The translations under genes and the position numbers were made by a program. Of a DNA stretch of 64,000 nucleotides, positions 37,085 through 47,748 are shown piece by piece. The notes under the pieces are model-generated. The model was not told the origin of the DNA. It did no database searches and saw nothing but the letters and a program-made list of their open reading frames with translations. How positions within the stretch are numbered: position 1 is the first letter of the stretch; each line of letters starts with the position of its first letter. The stretch is from Spirochaetia bacterium (GTDB taxonomy: Bacteria; Spirochaetota; Spirochaetia; DSM-2461). Location: contig CAXXIA010000002.1 in NCBI GenBank assembly GCA_963666985.2, positions 96,001-160,000 on the forward strand, read 5' to 3'.

Positions 37085-39838
37085 TCAGCTTTCCAGCGCG
37101 GCCAGATACGCCGCGCTTCGCTCAAGAGCGTCTTCCATTTCGGCCAGGGATTCCTTCTCTTTCGCGATAATGTCCTCAGGCGCGCGGGAGACGAAATTCT
37201 CGTTGGAAAGCTTCTTTTTCTTGCCTTCAATCAGTCCCGCGGCTTTTTGAATGGATTTTCGAAACCGATCCGCCGCCGCTTCGATGTCGATAAGATTTTT
37301 AATGAACACATGGGCGGTAAAACCCCGTCCCACGGCGGCCAGAGAGCCTTCGAACGATTCGCCTTCGGCGGCCACGGCAAAGTCATCGGATTTTACCAGC
37401 ATCGCGGCAATCTCTTCGGTTCCCGCCAGAGCATCTCCGGCCTCGCCGGTGATTTCCACACGAACCTTTACGTCCTTGGAAGGCGGTATGGTAAATTCGC
37501 TGCGCATGGTCCTAACGGCGGTAACGAGTTCCTTGAGCACGCCGAAAGAGGCTTCGGCGGCGGGATTTTCCCGTGCGGCATCGGCCTCGGGATAAGGCGC
37601 CACGATAAGAGGCTCACGGTTCGGATTAATCTTGCCCCAGATTTCCTCGGTAATGAACGGAAGGAAGGGATGCAGGAGTTTTAACGATTCTTCCAGCACG
37701 TAAATAAGCATGGTTGCCGTACGGTCCTTTTCGGCGTCATCCTCACCGTAAAGCCCCAATTTGGCGCATTCCACGTACCAGTCGCAGTAGTCGTTCCAGA
37801 AGTATTCGTACACGGCATGAGCCATGTCGTCGAACCTGTAGGCCGCCATCGCGGCGTCGACCGCCTTTACCGCTTCGTTCAGCCTGTGGAGAATCCAGCG
37901 GTCGGCAATGCGCCTCTCCGCATCAGCGGGATCAGCCAAATTCCGTCCTTCCAGATTCATCAGGATGAACCGGGTGGCGTTCCAGATTTTATTGGCGAAT
38001 TTGGAGCCGAGTTTGCTCGTCTCCATGTCCATGGGAATATCTTCACCCTGAGCCGAAAGGTATGCCAGGGTGAACTTCATGGCATCCGCGCCGTAGGTAT
38101 TCACCACGTCCAGCGGGTCGATGCCGTTGCCGAGGCTCTTGGACATCTTGCGGCCCTGCTTGTCCCGCACCAGCCCGGTAATGTAAATGTCGCGGAAAGG
38201 CACATCGCCCATAAACTCAAGACCGGCCATAATCATCCGGGCCACCCAGAAAAAGATGATGTCGTAGCCGGTAACAAGAGCCGCGGTGGGATAAAATTTC
38301 GCCAAATCCGAACCGGGTTTCGGCTTACCGTTCGAATCCAGGACATCGGGCCAGCCGATTGTACTGAACGGCCAAAGCCAGGAAGAGAACCAGGTATCCA
38401 GCACATCCGGATCGCGCTCCAGCTCGGAAGATCCGCACTTGGGGCAGACTTCAGGATCTTCGCGGAGAACATGCAGAGCGCCGCAGTTTTTGCAGGTCCA
38501 TGCGGGAATCTGATGCCCCCACCAAATCTGGCGGCTCACGCACCAGTCCCGGATATTCTCCAGCCAGTGGCGGTAGGTGTTTTCCCATTTTTTCGGAAAA
38601 AACTGAAGTTCTCCAGCCTGCCAGGCGGCCAAGGCTTTATCCGCCAGAGGCTTCATCCGCACGAACCATTGCGTGGAAAGATAGGGTTCCACCACGGTGT
38701 TGCAGCGGTAGCAGTGGCCCACCTGATGGCTGTGTTCCTTATGGGAGGCGAGGAAACCTTCGGCTTCCAATTTCTCCACGGTCTTCTTTCGGGCCTCTTT
38801 GGCGGGAAGGCCCTGAACGAATTCGGGTGCGCTGCCGTTCATGCGACCGTCGTCGGTTAAAACGTTGATTCGCTCCAGATGATGGCGGTTGCCGATCTCA
38901 AAGTCGTTCGGATCGTGGGCCGGAGTAATTTTCAGACAGCCGGTGCCGAATTCCCGATCCACGTAGGCATCGGCAATCACGGGGATTTCCCTGTCGGTCA
39001 GGGGAAGTTTCACCTTGCGGCCGATATAGGATTTATAACGATCATCCTCGGGATGAACGGCCACGGCGGTGTCGCCGAACATGGTTTCCGGACGGGTTGT
39101 GGCCACCGTCAGGTGTCCCCCGCCGCCTGAAAGGGGATAGCGGATTTCCCAAAGTCCTCCCATGCGCTCCTCGTGATCAACCTCGTCGTCGGCCAAAGCG
39201 GTCCCGCAGGAAGGACACCAGTTCACAAGGTATTCGCCTTTGTACATCAAATCGCGTTCATAGAGGCCCACGAAAACTTCGCGTACCGCCCGGGAGCAGC
39301 CTTCGTCCATGGTGAAGCGTTCCCGGCTCCAGTCGCAGGAGGAACCGATTTTCTCCAGCTGTTTGGAAATGATGGCGTGATGTTCTTCCTTCACCTTCCA
39401 GGTTTCTTCAATGAACTTTTCCCGGCCCAAATCGTGACGGCCCAGGCCTTTTTCCTTCAGACGGCGTTCCACCACGTTCTGCGTGGCGATGCCCGCATGG
39501 TCGGTCCCCGGAACCCAGAGAGTGGGACGGCCCTTCATGCGCCAGTAGCGGATAAGAACGTCCTGCAGGCTGTTGTTCAGGCCGTGGCCCATATGAAGAA
39601 CGCCGGTTACGTTCGGCGGAGGAATAACGATAACGAAGGGATCTTGGCGGACGGCGCTTTCGCCGGAAGAGGCGGCCGCTGGAGATGCGGAGGTCGAGAC
39701 GGAGCCGGCCGGAGCGGCGGAGCCTTCGGCGGCCGCGTCCATACGCGGAGCAAAATAGCCTCCGCTTTTCCACATTGCATAAATTCGATCTTCAAAATCC
39801 TTCGGGTCGTAGGCTTTGGGGAGTTCAATGGCCTTCAC
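37085..39838 (-). CDS. valS: Valine--tRNA ligase
   Basis: PPPNVTGVLHMGH, PGTDHAGIATQ, DWCVSRQIWWGH, KMSKS, C-terminal coiled coil. Confidence 0.98.
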   Translation of the reverse strand: MKAIELPKAYDPKDFEDRIYAMWKSGGYFAPRMDAAAEGSAAPAGSVSTSASPAAASSGESAVRQDPFVIVIPPPNVTGVLHMGHGLNNSLQDVLIRYWRMKGRPTLWVPGTDHAGIATQNVVERRLKEKGLGRHDLGREKFIEETWKVKEEHHAIISKQLEKIGSSCDWSRERFTMDEGCSRAVREVFVGLYERDLMYKGEYLVNWCPSCGTALADDEVDHEERMGGLWEIRYPLSGGGGHLTVATTRPETMFGDTAVAVHPEDDRYKSYIGRKVKLPLTDREIPVIADAYVDREFGTGCLKITPAHDPNDFEIGNRHHLERINVLTDDGRMNGSAPEFVQGLPAKEARKKTVEKLEAEGFLASHKEHSHQVGHCYRCNTVVEPYLSTQWFVRMKPLADKALAAWQAGELQFFPKKWENTYRHWLENIRDWCVSRQIWWGHQIPAWTCKNCGALHVLREDPEVCPKCGSSELERDPDVLDTWFSSWLWPFSTIGWPDVLDSNGKPKPGSDLAKFYPTAALVTGYDIIFFWVARMIMAGLEFMGDVPFRDIYITGLVRDKQGRKMSKSLGNGIDPLDVVNTYGADAMKFTLAYLSAQGEDIPMDMETSKLGSKFANKIWNATRFILMNLEGRNLADPADAERRIADRWILHRLNEAVKAVDAAMAAYRFDDMAHAVYEYFWNDYCDWYVECAKLGLYGEDDAEKDRTATMLIYVLEESLKLLHPFLPFITEEIWGKINPNREPLIVAPYPEADAARENPAAEASFGVLKELVTAVRTMRSEFTIPPSKDVKVRVEITGEAGDALAGTEEIAAMLVKSDDFAVAAEGESFEGSLAAVGRGFTAHVFIKNLIDIEAAADRFRKSIQKAAGLIEGKKKKLSNENFVSRAPEDIIAKEKESLAEMEDALERSAAYLAALES

Positions 39839-40432
39839 AATTATTCAGTCCTTCTTAAGGTGCGTTTTAGGAACAGTTCGACGCCCTTCTTTCTAAAACG
39901 ACGCCGCTTTCCAAGTGCTTTTCGCCGGCGGTTTCCGCTTCCGGCGCACGCCCCGAGACAGGCTCGGGATGCCGTCCTCCATGATATAGAAGGAAGGCGG
40001 CCGGTTCAATGTGGCGAACATCCCGATACGTCTCCGTGCCGATGCGGGTCTGATGATTCAGTGTCCGGATTTTCCGTAAAAAAATCGATTCGGCAAAATG
40101 CACGCCGAAAACCTTTGCTGAGAAACCGATAACTCTTGCCGCATAATCCGCCGCCACTAGTGCGATATCAGGAAAAAGCCGATCGAATAAATGAAAATTA
40201 ACAAAAAGGAAACACGGAACCGAAGAGGTTTAGCTTCAAGGACTTGAATATACGTTTGTCCTCTCTTAAGTTTTATTCCAGCCGAAGCGGGAATCTCATA
40301 TTTTGACGAAATCGCCGGTACGCGCCGGCGGGGATTCCTCCGGATTCGCTTTCAAAGGGCTTCAGTTCGAAAATTGTCGACTTTTGAAATCGCCTTCGAA
40401 ATTATACTATTTGAGTAATTCAGGAGTGAAAC

Positions 40433-40621
40433 ATGAGTAATGAAAAGCAGAATAAAACGGCCGATAAAAGCACCTGGGCCATCGGAGGCGGGGTTCTTCT
40501 CGGTTTGGGTATGGGATTCTTCTTTCTTCAGACTTCCGTCTTCGCATTCATCGGGTCTCTGCTCGCGGGGCTTGGGCTGGGATTAATTATCACATCCATT
40601 ATCTCTTCAGCCGGAAAATAG
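40433..40621 (+). CDS. Small two-TM Gly-rich membrane protein (62 aa)
   Basis: AGGAG RBS, upstream TATACT; GGGVLLGLGMG and GLGLGL helices. Confidence 0.75.
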   Translation: MSNEKQNKTADKSTWAIGGGVLLGLGMGFFFLQTSVFAFIGSLLAGLGLGLIITSIISSAGK

Positions 40622-40790
40622 ATTTTTAGAAAACCAAGAAGCTTTTCTTCGGAAAAGCGGGGTCTTTACCGGCGGGATATAGCCCGTATAATAACTCCGC
40701 GCCGTAATGATGCGGCAAGATTCCCTCCGAGACCAAATTTCGGGGGATTCTTCCCGGAATGGAATCATGCGAATCACAAAAGGGAGAACA

Positions 40791-42131
40791 ATGAAATTCA
40801 CTTTTCCAAAAGACTTCACCTGGGGCGCGGCAACCGCCTCCTACCAAATCGAAGGCGCCGTTAATGAAGGCGGCCGGGGCGGAAGTACTTGGGATGTCTT
40901 CTGCGACGAACCCGGAAGAATCACCAACGGAGATTCGGGCGCTGTTGCCTGCGATCATTACCACAGGTGGAAAAACGACATCGGTCTGATGAAAGAGCTC
41001 AACCTGAACGCCTACCGGTTTTCCCTGGCGTGGCCCCGAATCTTCCCGAACGGCGACGGGAAGGTCAATGAAGAAGGCGCGGGATTTTATGACAAACTGA
41101 TCGACTCTCTTCTGGAAGCGGGCATCCAGCCGTGGATCACTCTCTTTCATTGGGATTTGCCCTCTTCTCTCCAGGAACGTTTCGGCGGCTGGCAAAGCCG
41201 TGAAACGGTGAAACGATTCGCCGACTACGCATCTTTCTGCGCCGAACGATTCGGCGACCGGGTGAAGAATTGGTTTACCATCAATGAAATCATCTGCTTC
41301 ACAACCCTGGCTCATACAATGGACAGACACGCACCGGGCGGACTGTTGTCACAAAAAGAATCCAACAGGACCGTCCACCATGCGCTTGTGGGCCACGGGC
41401 TTGCCCTGCGGGCCATCAAAGACGCATCTCCCGATTCCCGTGTGGGATTGGTGGAAAATCTGAACCCCGTCTGGCCTTTGTATGAACGGGATGATCACAT
41501 CGAAGCCGCCCGAAAAGCCTTCCGTGCGCGAAACCTGCAAAGGCTCTTCCCGGCGCTCACCGGCGAATATGACACGGCCGGATACGAGGGGCAGGACGGC
41601 GATTTTCCCGGTGTGGAAGACGGCGACATGGACATCATCGGAACGCCCTGCGACCTCATCGCGTATAACTACTACACCGGCGACCCGGTGGTTGCGGCGG
41701 ATAATGAAGCGGGCTACAGGCTGGTGAAGCATCCGGATGATTATCCGAAAACAGCCATAGGCTGGCCCGTCTCACCTCTTGGTTTGTACTGGACTTTAAG
41801 ATTCACGGAGGATTACTTTCCCGGCCTCGATGTGTACGTGGCCGAAAACGGCCAGGCCGCCGAGGATGTGATGGACCGCGACGGATCGGTCACGGATGTC
41901 GGCCGTCTTGAATATTACAGACGGCATCTGGAAATGTGTTCCCGCGCCATTGCCGACGGAGCGAACCTGAAAGGCTATTTCGCCTGGTCGCTGATGGACA
42001 ACTTCGAATGGTCGCACGGCTATTCCATGAGATTCGGCCTTATCCGGGTAAACTACAGAACACAGGAGAGGACCATCAAAGCCTCCGGCCGATACTACTC
42101 GGACGTGATTGCGGCGAACAGGGTGCTGTAG
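40791..42131 (+). CDS. GH1 beta-glucosidase
   Basis: FTWGAATASYQIEGA, YRFSLAWPRI, TLFHWDLP, TINE, VAENG, WSLMDNFEW. Confidence 0.96.
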   Translation: MKFTFPKDFTWGAATASYQIEGAVNEGGRGGSTWDVFCDEPGRITNGDSGAVACDHYHRWKNDIGLMKELNLNAYRFSLAWPRIFPNGDGKVNEEGAGFYDKLIDSLLEAGIQPWITLFHWDLPSSLQERFGGWQSRETVKRFADYASFCAERFGDRVKNWFTINEIICFTTLAHTMDRHAPGGLLSQKESNRTVHHALVGHGLALRAIKDASPDSRVGLVENLNPVWPLYERDDHIEAARKAFRARNLQRLFPALTGEYDTAGYEGQDGDFPGVEDGDMDIIGTPCDLIAYNYYTGDPVVAADNEAGYRLVKHPDDYPKTAIGWPVSPLGLYWTLRFTEDYFPGLDVYVAENGQAAEDVMDRDGSVTDVGRLEYYRRHLEMCSRAIADGANLKGYFAWSLMDNFEWSHGYSMRFGLIRVNYRTQERTIKASGRYYSDVIAANRVL

Positions 42132-42151
42132 TTCGCGATAAAGTAAGCATT

Positions 42152-42577
42152 ATGGATATTGAAGCGCTCAAAGCCGAGATTCGCGAATCAGCCGAGTTTT
42201 CCTACAGCCGCTCGGGCGGCCCGGGCGGACAGAACGTGAATAAACGGGACACAAAAGTGACGGTCAAACTTGCCGTTTCCTCTCTTCGGGTGCCCGATGA
42301 ACATGCCCTGAGACGTTTACGGCGAAGGCTCGCTTCCCGAATCAATTCGGAGGACTGCATCGTAATCCAGGTTATGACGCACCGGACTCAAGGCCGGAAC
42401 CGTGAAGAAGCTCTGCTGCGCCTGGAAGACATGGTGATTCGCTCTTTACGTCCCGATCCGAAACCCAGGCGCGCCACAGTCCCTTCCGGGGCGGCCAAGG
42501 AACGCCGGCTGGCATCTAAAAAACGGCGGAGTGCCGTTAAGGAAGGGCGGCGGCGAATCGGCGGCACTGAAGAATAA
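42152..42577 (+). CDS. arfB: Alternative ribosome rescue factor ArfB
   Basis: SRSGGPGGQNVNK, RTQGRNRE, basic tail RRATVPS...RRLASKKRRS. Confidence 0.93.
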   Translation: MDIEALKAEIRESAEFSYSRSGGPGGQNVNKRDTKVTVKLAVSSLRVPDEHALRRLRRRLASRINSEDCIVIQVMTHRTQGRNREEALLRLEDMVIRSLRPDPKPRRATVPSGAAKERRLASKKRRSAVKEGRRRIGGTEE

Positions 42578-42655
42578 CGGCCGGTTTTCACATGCATAAA
42601 AGCGGTCCGCGGATTGTTTTTTTCCGATTCCGCCGCAGCTTTCCGGCATGAACGT

Positions 42656-43498
42656 TTATGCCGAAAGCGCCTGTCCTCTTTCCCCCCATTCGGAATATCC
42701 GCTGACAAGAAGCTTTTCATCCGATTCCCGAACAACGTCATGATGCCATCCGCTGCCGCTTCTCCTGCTTAAAAAGGCCACTTTATCTCCAAGCTTCGCT
42801 TCACCGAAAAAACGGATTCCCAATCGCATCGGCTGAGAATCCCGATACAGACCGTCGGGAACCGCTTCCATCAGCCAATCGATATAGGTGGTATTATGCA
42901 GGTGGTTATAGAGATCCACATTACCGCGCCGAACCTCCAAATCGAGGCGTTCAACAACATCGATACCGGAAGAATCTCTGGGCTCTCCCGGATTCCGCGT
43001 TTTTCCCGAACCTTGCGGAATGCTCTTGCCGGCGGAAAATGAAATCATCGCCGGATCCTGAGACATCCGGCGATAGGGACTATCGCTTCGAAAATGCCAG
43101 CGTTCTTTAAACTGTTTGGGAACGGACTTGGGCCGGCGGGATTTCATGTCCCAGAACACCCAGCGTCCTCCGCCCTCGCCAAGCAGTCTTCCGTCGGCCG
43201 TTCTGATGGAATATTCCCGAATGCCTATGAATTCCTTCCATTCGGAAATCCAGGTATCAACAGTAAAAACATCACCGTAAGAAGGATATTCCCACATCCG
43301 AAGTCCGCCTCCGGTCAAAATCCATCCCTGACCATCCTCCAGCAAGGAAAAAATATCCTTGCCGACGGCACGGCAATGTTCCGCGGCGGCCTCTTCCATA
43401 GCCGCCATAAGAGCCGGCGCCCGTACGATGCGTCCGTTGAAAGAATCGGAATACCGGGCGGTTATCTCGTAACGAAAAGGCTGTTGTTCCATGTTCAT
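42656..43498 (-). CDS. Acyl-ACP thioesterase (FatA-like, double hot-dog)
   Basis: YPSYGD, WVFWDMKSRRP, VDLYNHLHNTTYIDWLMEAVP. Confidence 0.88.
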   Translation of the reverse strand: MNMEQQPFRYEITARYSDSFNGRIVRAPALMAAMEEAAAEHCRAVGKDIFSLLEDGQGWILTGGGLRMWEYPSYGDVFTVDTWISEWKEFIGIREYSIRTADGRLLGEGGGRWVFWDMKSRRPKSVPKQFKERWHFRSDSPYRRMSQDPAMISFSAGKSIPQGSGKTRNPGEPRDSSGIDVVERLDLEVRRGNVDLYNHLHNTTYIDWLMEAVPDGLYRDSQPMRLGIRFFGEAKLGDKVAFLSRRSGSGWHHDVVRESDEKLLVSGYSEWGERGQALSA

Positions 43499-43605
43499 GA
43501 ATCAAAAATATCCACGAAGCGGGCGAACCCCCAATGGATGATTCGAACCAATTCCAGGCTATGCGGCATGGTGTTTTATAACTGGTACAACCGTACCGAC
43601 CGGAA

Positions 43606-44559
43606 TCAGGTTCCCCGCAGAGCGTTTACCATCTCCACCTTGGAACGAGTCCCGGTTTTTCGGTAAATCGTGGCCACATGATTGCTGACCGTATTGGGAG
43701 AAATATCCAGTTCCGCGGCGATTTCCTTGTAAGTCAGCCCCTGGGCGATTAAACCGGCTATCTCGATCTCTCTGGGAGTAAGTCCGCTTCTGGCGCAGGA
43801 TTCGGAGAATACCGAACCGTCGGTTTCATCGGAAACGGCCGAATCGGAAAGCATGCGAAGAAAAAAGACATCCGCGGTTATTCCAATGGACAAATAATAA
43901 AGAGAGACGGCGAGAAATCGAATGCGTTCATATCCTTGGGCGACATAGGGCAGAATCTGCGTCAGCGGTAAAATAAGAAAGGTTAAGCCGTAAAGCAGAA
44001 ACAAAGCGATTCTCATTCTCTCATCCCGAACCATCGGAAGACTCCGCGAAGCGTCGACCAGAACAAACAGAACAATGAGCAGAAAGGCCACAACCGCCAA
44101 GCCGCCGGTAATAAAAGAACCGGCTGTGAGCAGACTTAAGGTTCCCGCGGTCAGATAAAACCCGGCGGCGGCGGCAACCTGAAAAAGACGCCGATGAGTC
44201 CAGCCTCGGCCAAGGATGTAGTTGATTGTCGCGGGAAGAAAGTAAATAAGCGACGCAAATGCGATCCGCTCCAAAATATCAAATACCAAAACGGCCACGG
44301 GTCCGTTCCATCCGGCGAATTCTCTCAATCCGAAACGGATGCCCGATAGAAAAAACAGCGCCGTCAGATACGCCAGAAAAAGGAAGGTTTTCATAAGCCT
44401 GACTTCCCGGCGCCGAACCCACAGGACTCCCGCGAGGCCGAGAACGGAGCCCATGGCACCGTAGGCGAGGATATAGACAGCTAAGACAAGAATGTCAATC
44501 ACGCTCCTAGTGTCCGGCCCCGGAGTGAATGAGTCAAGGGCGAAAGAATATCGGTACAT
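43606..44559 (-). CDS. Membrane-integral LuxR-type regulator (about 7 TM plus HTH)
   Basis: Hydrophobic N-terminal region; GLTPREIEIAGLIAQGLTYKEIAAELDISPNTVSNHVATIYRK. Confidence 0.9.
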   Translation of the reverse strand: MYRYSFALDSFTPGPDTRSVIDILVLAVYILAYGAMGSVLGLAGVLWVRRREVRLMKTFLFLAYLTALFFLSGIRFGLREFAGWNGPVAVLVFDILERIAFASLIYFLPATINYILGRGWTHRRLFQVAAAAGFYLTAGTLSLLTAGSFITGGLAVVAFLLIVLFVLVDASRSLPMVRDERMRIALFLLYGLTFLILPLTQILPYVAQGYERIRFLAVSLYYLSIGITADVFFLRMLSDSAVSDETDGSVFSESCARSGLTPREIEIAGLIAQGLTYKEIAAELDISPNTVSNHVATIYRKTGTRSKVEMVNALRGT

Positions 44560-44666
44560 TCGTCCGTACAGTGATTATCAGATGATGCGCCCATGCGGGT
44601 GAATCAGATTCATAATCCCTCATCGGCCATTTGAATTCGGCCCGCGGCGGCGATATGATTACCGAC

Positions 44667-45143
44667 ATGATCCGAAACAAACACTTGACGGCTAAAAAGG
44701 CCGTCCCCGTCCTGTTTATCGTGATCCTTTTCGCCGCTCTTGCGGGAGCCTGCGCGGGGGGACCGAGCTCAAAGTCCATCGTCCGCGAAGAATCCCGTCT
44801 CAGAGCTTACGAAAGATTCAAAACCGATCATAAGCTTTCCAACAAAAGCGATCTCGAGAGAAACGGAATGTACTACGACGGAAAGAAATTTTACGTCGTG
44901 ATGGGTCTCAGCGATTCGGGTACCGACCGTTATCCCGAGTGGGCCTGCAATACGCTGCTCACCAGCCTCTACGGCTACAAAGCCGTCCGGCAGGATCTTG
45001 TCTCCGACGAAGAGTTCTTCGCACTCGTTCTGGACTTCAAACTTGAAGAAATCGTCGAAGGCAAATATTCGAGCCGCGCCATTGTTACGGTGAAGGAAAG
45101 CCGCTTCCAAAGATTCCTGGATTCATACGCCGAAGAAGATTAA
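44667..45143 (+). CDS. Hypothetical lipoprotein
   Basis: Basic N-terminus, hydrophobic core, LAGAC lipobox; TATGAT 7 nt before the ATG. Confidence 0.75.
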   Translation: MIRNKHLTAKKAVPVLFIVILFAALAGACAGGPSSKSIVREESRLRAYERFKTDHKLSNKSDLERNGMYYDGKKFYVVMGLSDSGTDRYPEWACNTLLTSLYGYKAVRQDLVSDEEFFALVLDFKLEEIVEGKYSSRAIVTVKESRFQRFLDSYAEED

Positions 45144-45200
45144 AACACTCCGAACACAACTTTGCCGCAATCGGATAGAATTGGTTTTTAGGAGGTCACA

Positions 45201-47057
45201 ATGTCCGATACGGTGGAGAAGCGGGAGAAATCCCTCGGTTTGGCCGAGGTATTCAGCATCGCCTCGGGCGCCATGATCAGTTCGGGACTCTTTGTTCTGC
45301 CGGCGATCGTGTTCGCGAAATCGGGTCCGGCCGTGGTGGCCGCTTATTTGCTGGCGGGAGTCATGATGATTCCGCCCATGCTGGCCAAGGCGGAACTGGC
45401 CACGGCAATGCCGAAATCCGGCGGCACCTACTTCTTCGTGGAGCGAAGCCTGGGGCCTCTTCTCGGTTCCTTCGCCGGTTTCGCCGGATGGTTCAGCGTT
45501 GCCCTGAAAGGTGCTTTCGCCCTGGTGGGTATCGGTACGTTCTGGACTTTAATCAATCCCGACGCCGATCCGATTCTTTTCAAAGTCATCGCCCTCGCCT
45601 TTGTCGCGGTTTTTACTGTCGTGAACCTCTTCGGCGCCCATAATTCGGCGAAGTCCCAGGTTGTTATGGTGATTTTCCTGCTGGCCATCCTCGGCGCTTA
45701 CATCGTTTTGGGATTCTCAAGAACTTCCGTTCCTCATCTTTCCGAATTCATCCCGAAAAAAAACTCCTCTCTGTTTCAGGTCGCGGGTATGGTTTTCGTC
45801 TCCTTCGGAGGACTCACGAAGGTCGCCGCTGTGGCCCATGAGGTGAAAGATCCCGGAAAAACACTGCCGAAGGGTATGTTTCTGAGCTTTATCGTCGTAA
45901 TGCTGATCTACATCCTGGCCATCACCGTTACCGTGGGACTTCTGGACGCCGATAAATTCGCCGCGACGCTCACACCGCTCTCCGACGGAGGCGCCGTCCT
46001 GGCCGGAAGGGCCGGATCGATTGTCCTGGCCGTCGCCGCGCTTATCGCCTTCGCCACCACGGCGAACGCATCCATTCTTTCGGCCTCCCAAAACCCAGCG
46101 GCCATGGCGCGCGACGGACTTCTTCCCGCCTGGATTGGAAAAACCAACGCCAGAGGCGTTCCGGCCCGCGCCATTCTGATTACCGGAACGTTCATGGCCG
46201 TGGTTATCATCGCTCTCGATCTTCAAAACTTGGTCAAAGCGGCATCAACGATGATGCTCATCCTCTTTCTGCTGGTGAATCTTTCTCTTATCCTGATGAG
46301 GGAAAGCCGCATCGTCTCTTACCGCCCGCTTTATAAATCGCCGCTTTATCCCGTTCTGCCCATCGTCGGAATTCTTCTGTCGGCGTTTCTTATTTATTCC
46401 ATGGGCTCCATGCCCCTCATCCTGGCGGCCGGATTTTTCGTTCTGACCACGCTCTGGTCGGTTATCTATAAACCCGAAGGACGCCGCCGGGACTCGGCGA
46501 TTTTCCGGATCGTCGAACGCATGGCCGCCCGCGAAATCCGGGGAGCCAGGCTTTCGGAAGAACTCGGCGAAATACTTCTGGAACGCGACGGTGTTTCCGA
46601 AGACCGCTTCGACCGTCTCGTCCGCAAGGCGATCGTCCTGGATCTTCCTCGGCGGCTGACTCGGGACGAACTCTTTGAGAAGCTGGCCGGCGCGTTTTCC
46701 CTCCGTTTGGAAACCGGATATGAAGAGGTTCTCCGCAAACTGCGCGAAAGGGAAAAGGAATCCACAACGCTTGTATCGGACGATTTGGCCATTCCTCACA
46801 TTGTACTGGACGATGAAGAAGGCTTTGAAATCGTCATTGTCCGCGCAAAAGACGGTATTCTTTACGAAGAAGGACAAAAAGAACCGACGGTTGTCTTCGC
46901 TCTCGCCGGAGCGGCGGCGGAACGAAACTTCCATCTGAAAAGTCTGATGGCGATAGCTCAGATTACCCGAACGGCGGACTTTTTGGGGCGCTGGAAAGAA
47001 GCCTTCGACGAAGAGGAGCTTCGGCTTCTGGTGCTCCTGGCCGAACGCAGCCGATAG
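45201..47057 (+). CDS. APC amino acid permease fused to a PTS EIIA (Fru/Ntr-type) domain
   Basis: GAMISSGLFVLP, AELATAMPKSGGTY, HEVKDP, MARDG; C-terminal REKESTT...LAIPH...HLKSLMAI. Confidence 0.9.
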   Translation: MSDTVEKREKSLGLAEVFSIASGAMISSGLFVLPAIVFAKSGPAVVAAYLLAGVMMIPPMLAKAELATAMPKSGGTYFFVERSLGPLLGSFAGFAGWFSVALKGAFALVGIGTFWTLINPDADPILFKVIALAFVAVFTVVNLFGAHNSAKSQVVMVIFLLAILGAYIVLGFSRTSVPHLSEFIPKKNSSLFQVAGMVFVSFGGLTKVAAVAHEVKDPGKTLPKGMFLSFIVVMLIYILAITVTVGLLDADKFAATLTPLSDGGAVLAGRAGSIVLAVAALIAFATTANASILSASQNPAAMARDGLLPAWIGKTNARGVPARAILITGTFMAVVIIALDLQNLVKAASTMMLILFLLVNLSLILMRESRIVSYRPLYKSPLYPVLPIVGILLSAFLIYSMGSMPLILAAGFFVLTTLWSVIYKPEGRRRDSAIFRIVERMAAREIRGARLSEELGEILLERDGVSEDRFDRLVRKAIVLDLPRRLTRDELFEKLAGAFSLRLETGYEEVLRKLREREKESTTLVSDDLAIPHIVLDDEEGFEIVIVRAKDGILYEEGQKEPTVVFALAGAAAERNFHLKSLMAIAQITRTADFLGRWKEAFDEEELRLLVLLAERSR

Positions 47058-47219
47058 AAGCCGATAACGGCCGGCGAAGATTTTACCGAAAGGCACCTGT
47101 GAGATTAGGGCCGGCCGGATCGGCGTTTTATGCGTTTCCCCTATGTCCCCGGGCCGAACAAGTCTTGAGCGGCGCCTCCGATGCGGTTATTCCACCGGTT
47201 CCGGATAATACGATCCGGA

Positions 47220-47606
47220 CTAAAAAGTAACGATGGAATAACCTTCGGCAATATAAGAACTCATGGCCGGATGACCCGACATCTCGCCGGATAGCGGCAA
47301 TCCCGAATTCTCAACGGCTTCCAAGACGCCGAGCTGCTTGGAACACGCCCGGCAAACGGCGCTAATCATTCCCTCGCCGCGAACCATCTTAAAATTCGCC
47401 GCGAGTAAGTCGAACATCGCGGGTTTGGCCTTTTTAAGATCGTCCAAGCCGGGACCGCCGCTCAGCGGCCCCACAAGAGCGACTGCTCCGCCTTCGATCA
47501 CAAGAACCACGTCGTGTCCTTTGGCCTTTAAGTCCAGGGAATTCAGCAGAACATGAATGAAACAGAGAGGATCGCCGTTGAAGACGAAAAAAACATATTT
47601 GTTCAT
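47220..47606 (-). CDS. DsrE-like protein
   Basis: FVFNGDPLCFIHVLLN, LVIEGGAV, VCRACS, EMSGHP...GYSIVTF. Start reassigned. Confidence 0.8.
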   Translation of the reverse strand: MNKYVFFVFNGDPLCFIHVLLNSLDLKAKGHDVVLVIEGGAVALVGPLSGGPGLDDLKKAKPAMFDLLAANFKMVRGEGMISAVCRACSKQLGVLEAVENSGLPLSGEMSGHPAMSSYIAEGYSIVTF

Positions 47607-47748
47607 GGGTTTTCCTTTACCGACAGAGTACCGCTCGGCCGGAAGAGACACAACGGGAAAGAAACAGCGGTTGGCCGGGTTGCGAATCCTTAGATTCCGC
47701 CGCGGCCGAAAGAGGTTTTCCCGGCATTCTTCGCAAGCATCGGCCGAA

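Noticed and set aside
39840..40430. T-box or sRNA upstream of valS
   Set aside because: No T-box consensus was found, only a generic hairpin (cgttttag/ctaaaacg).
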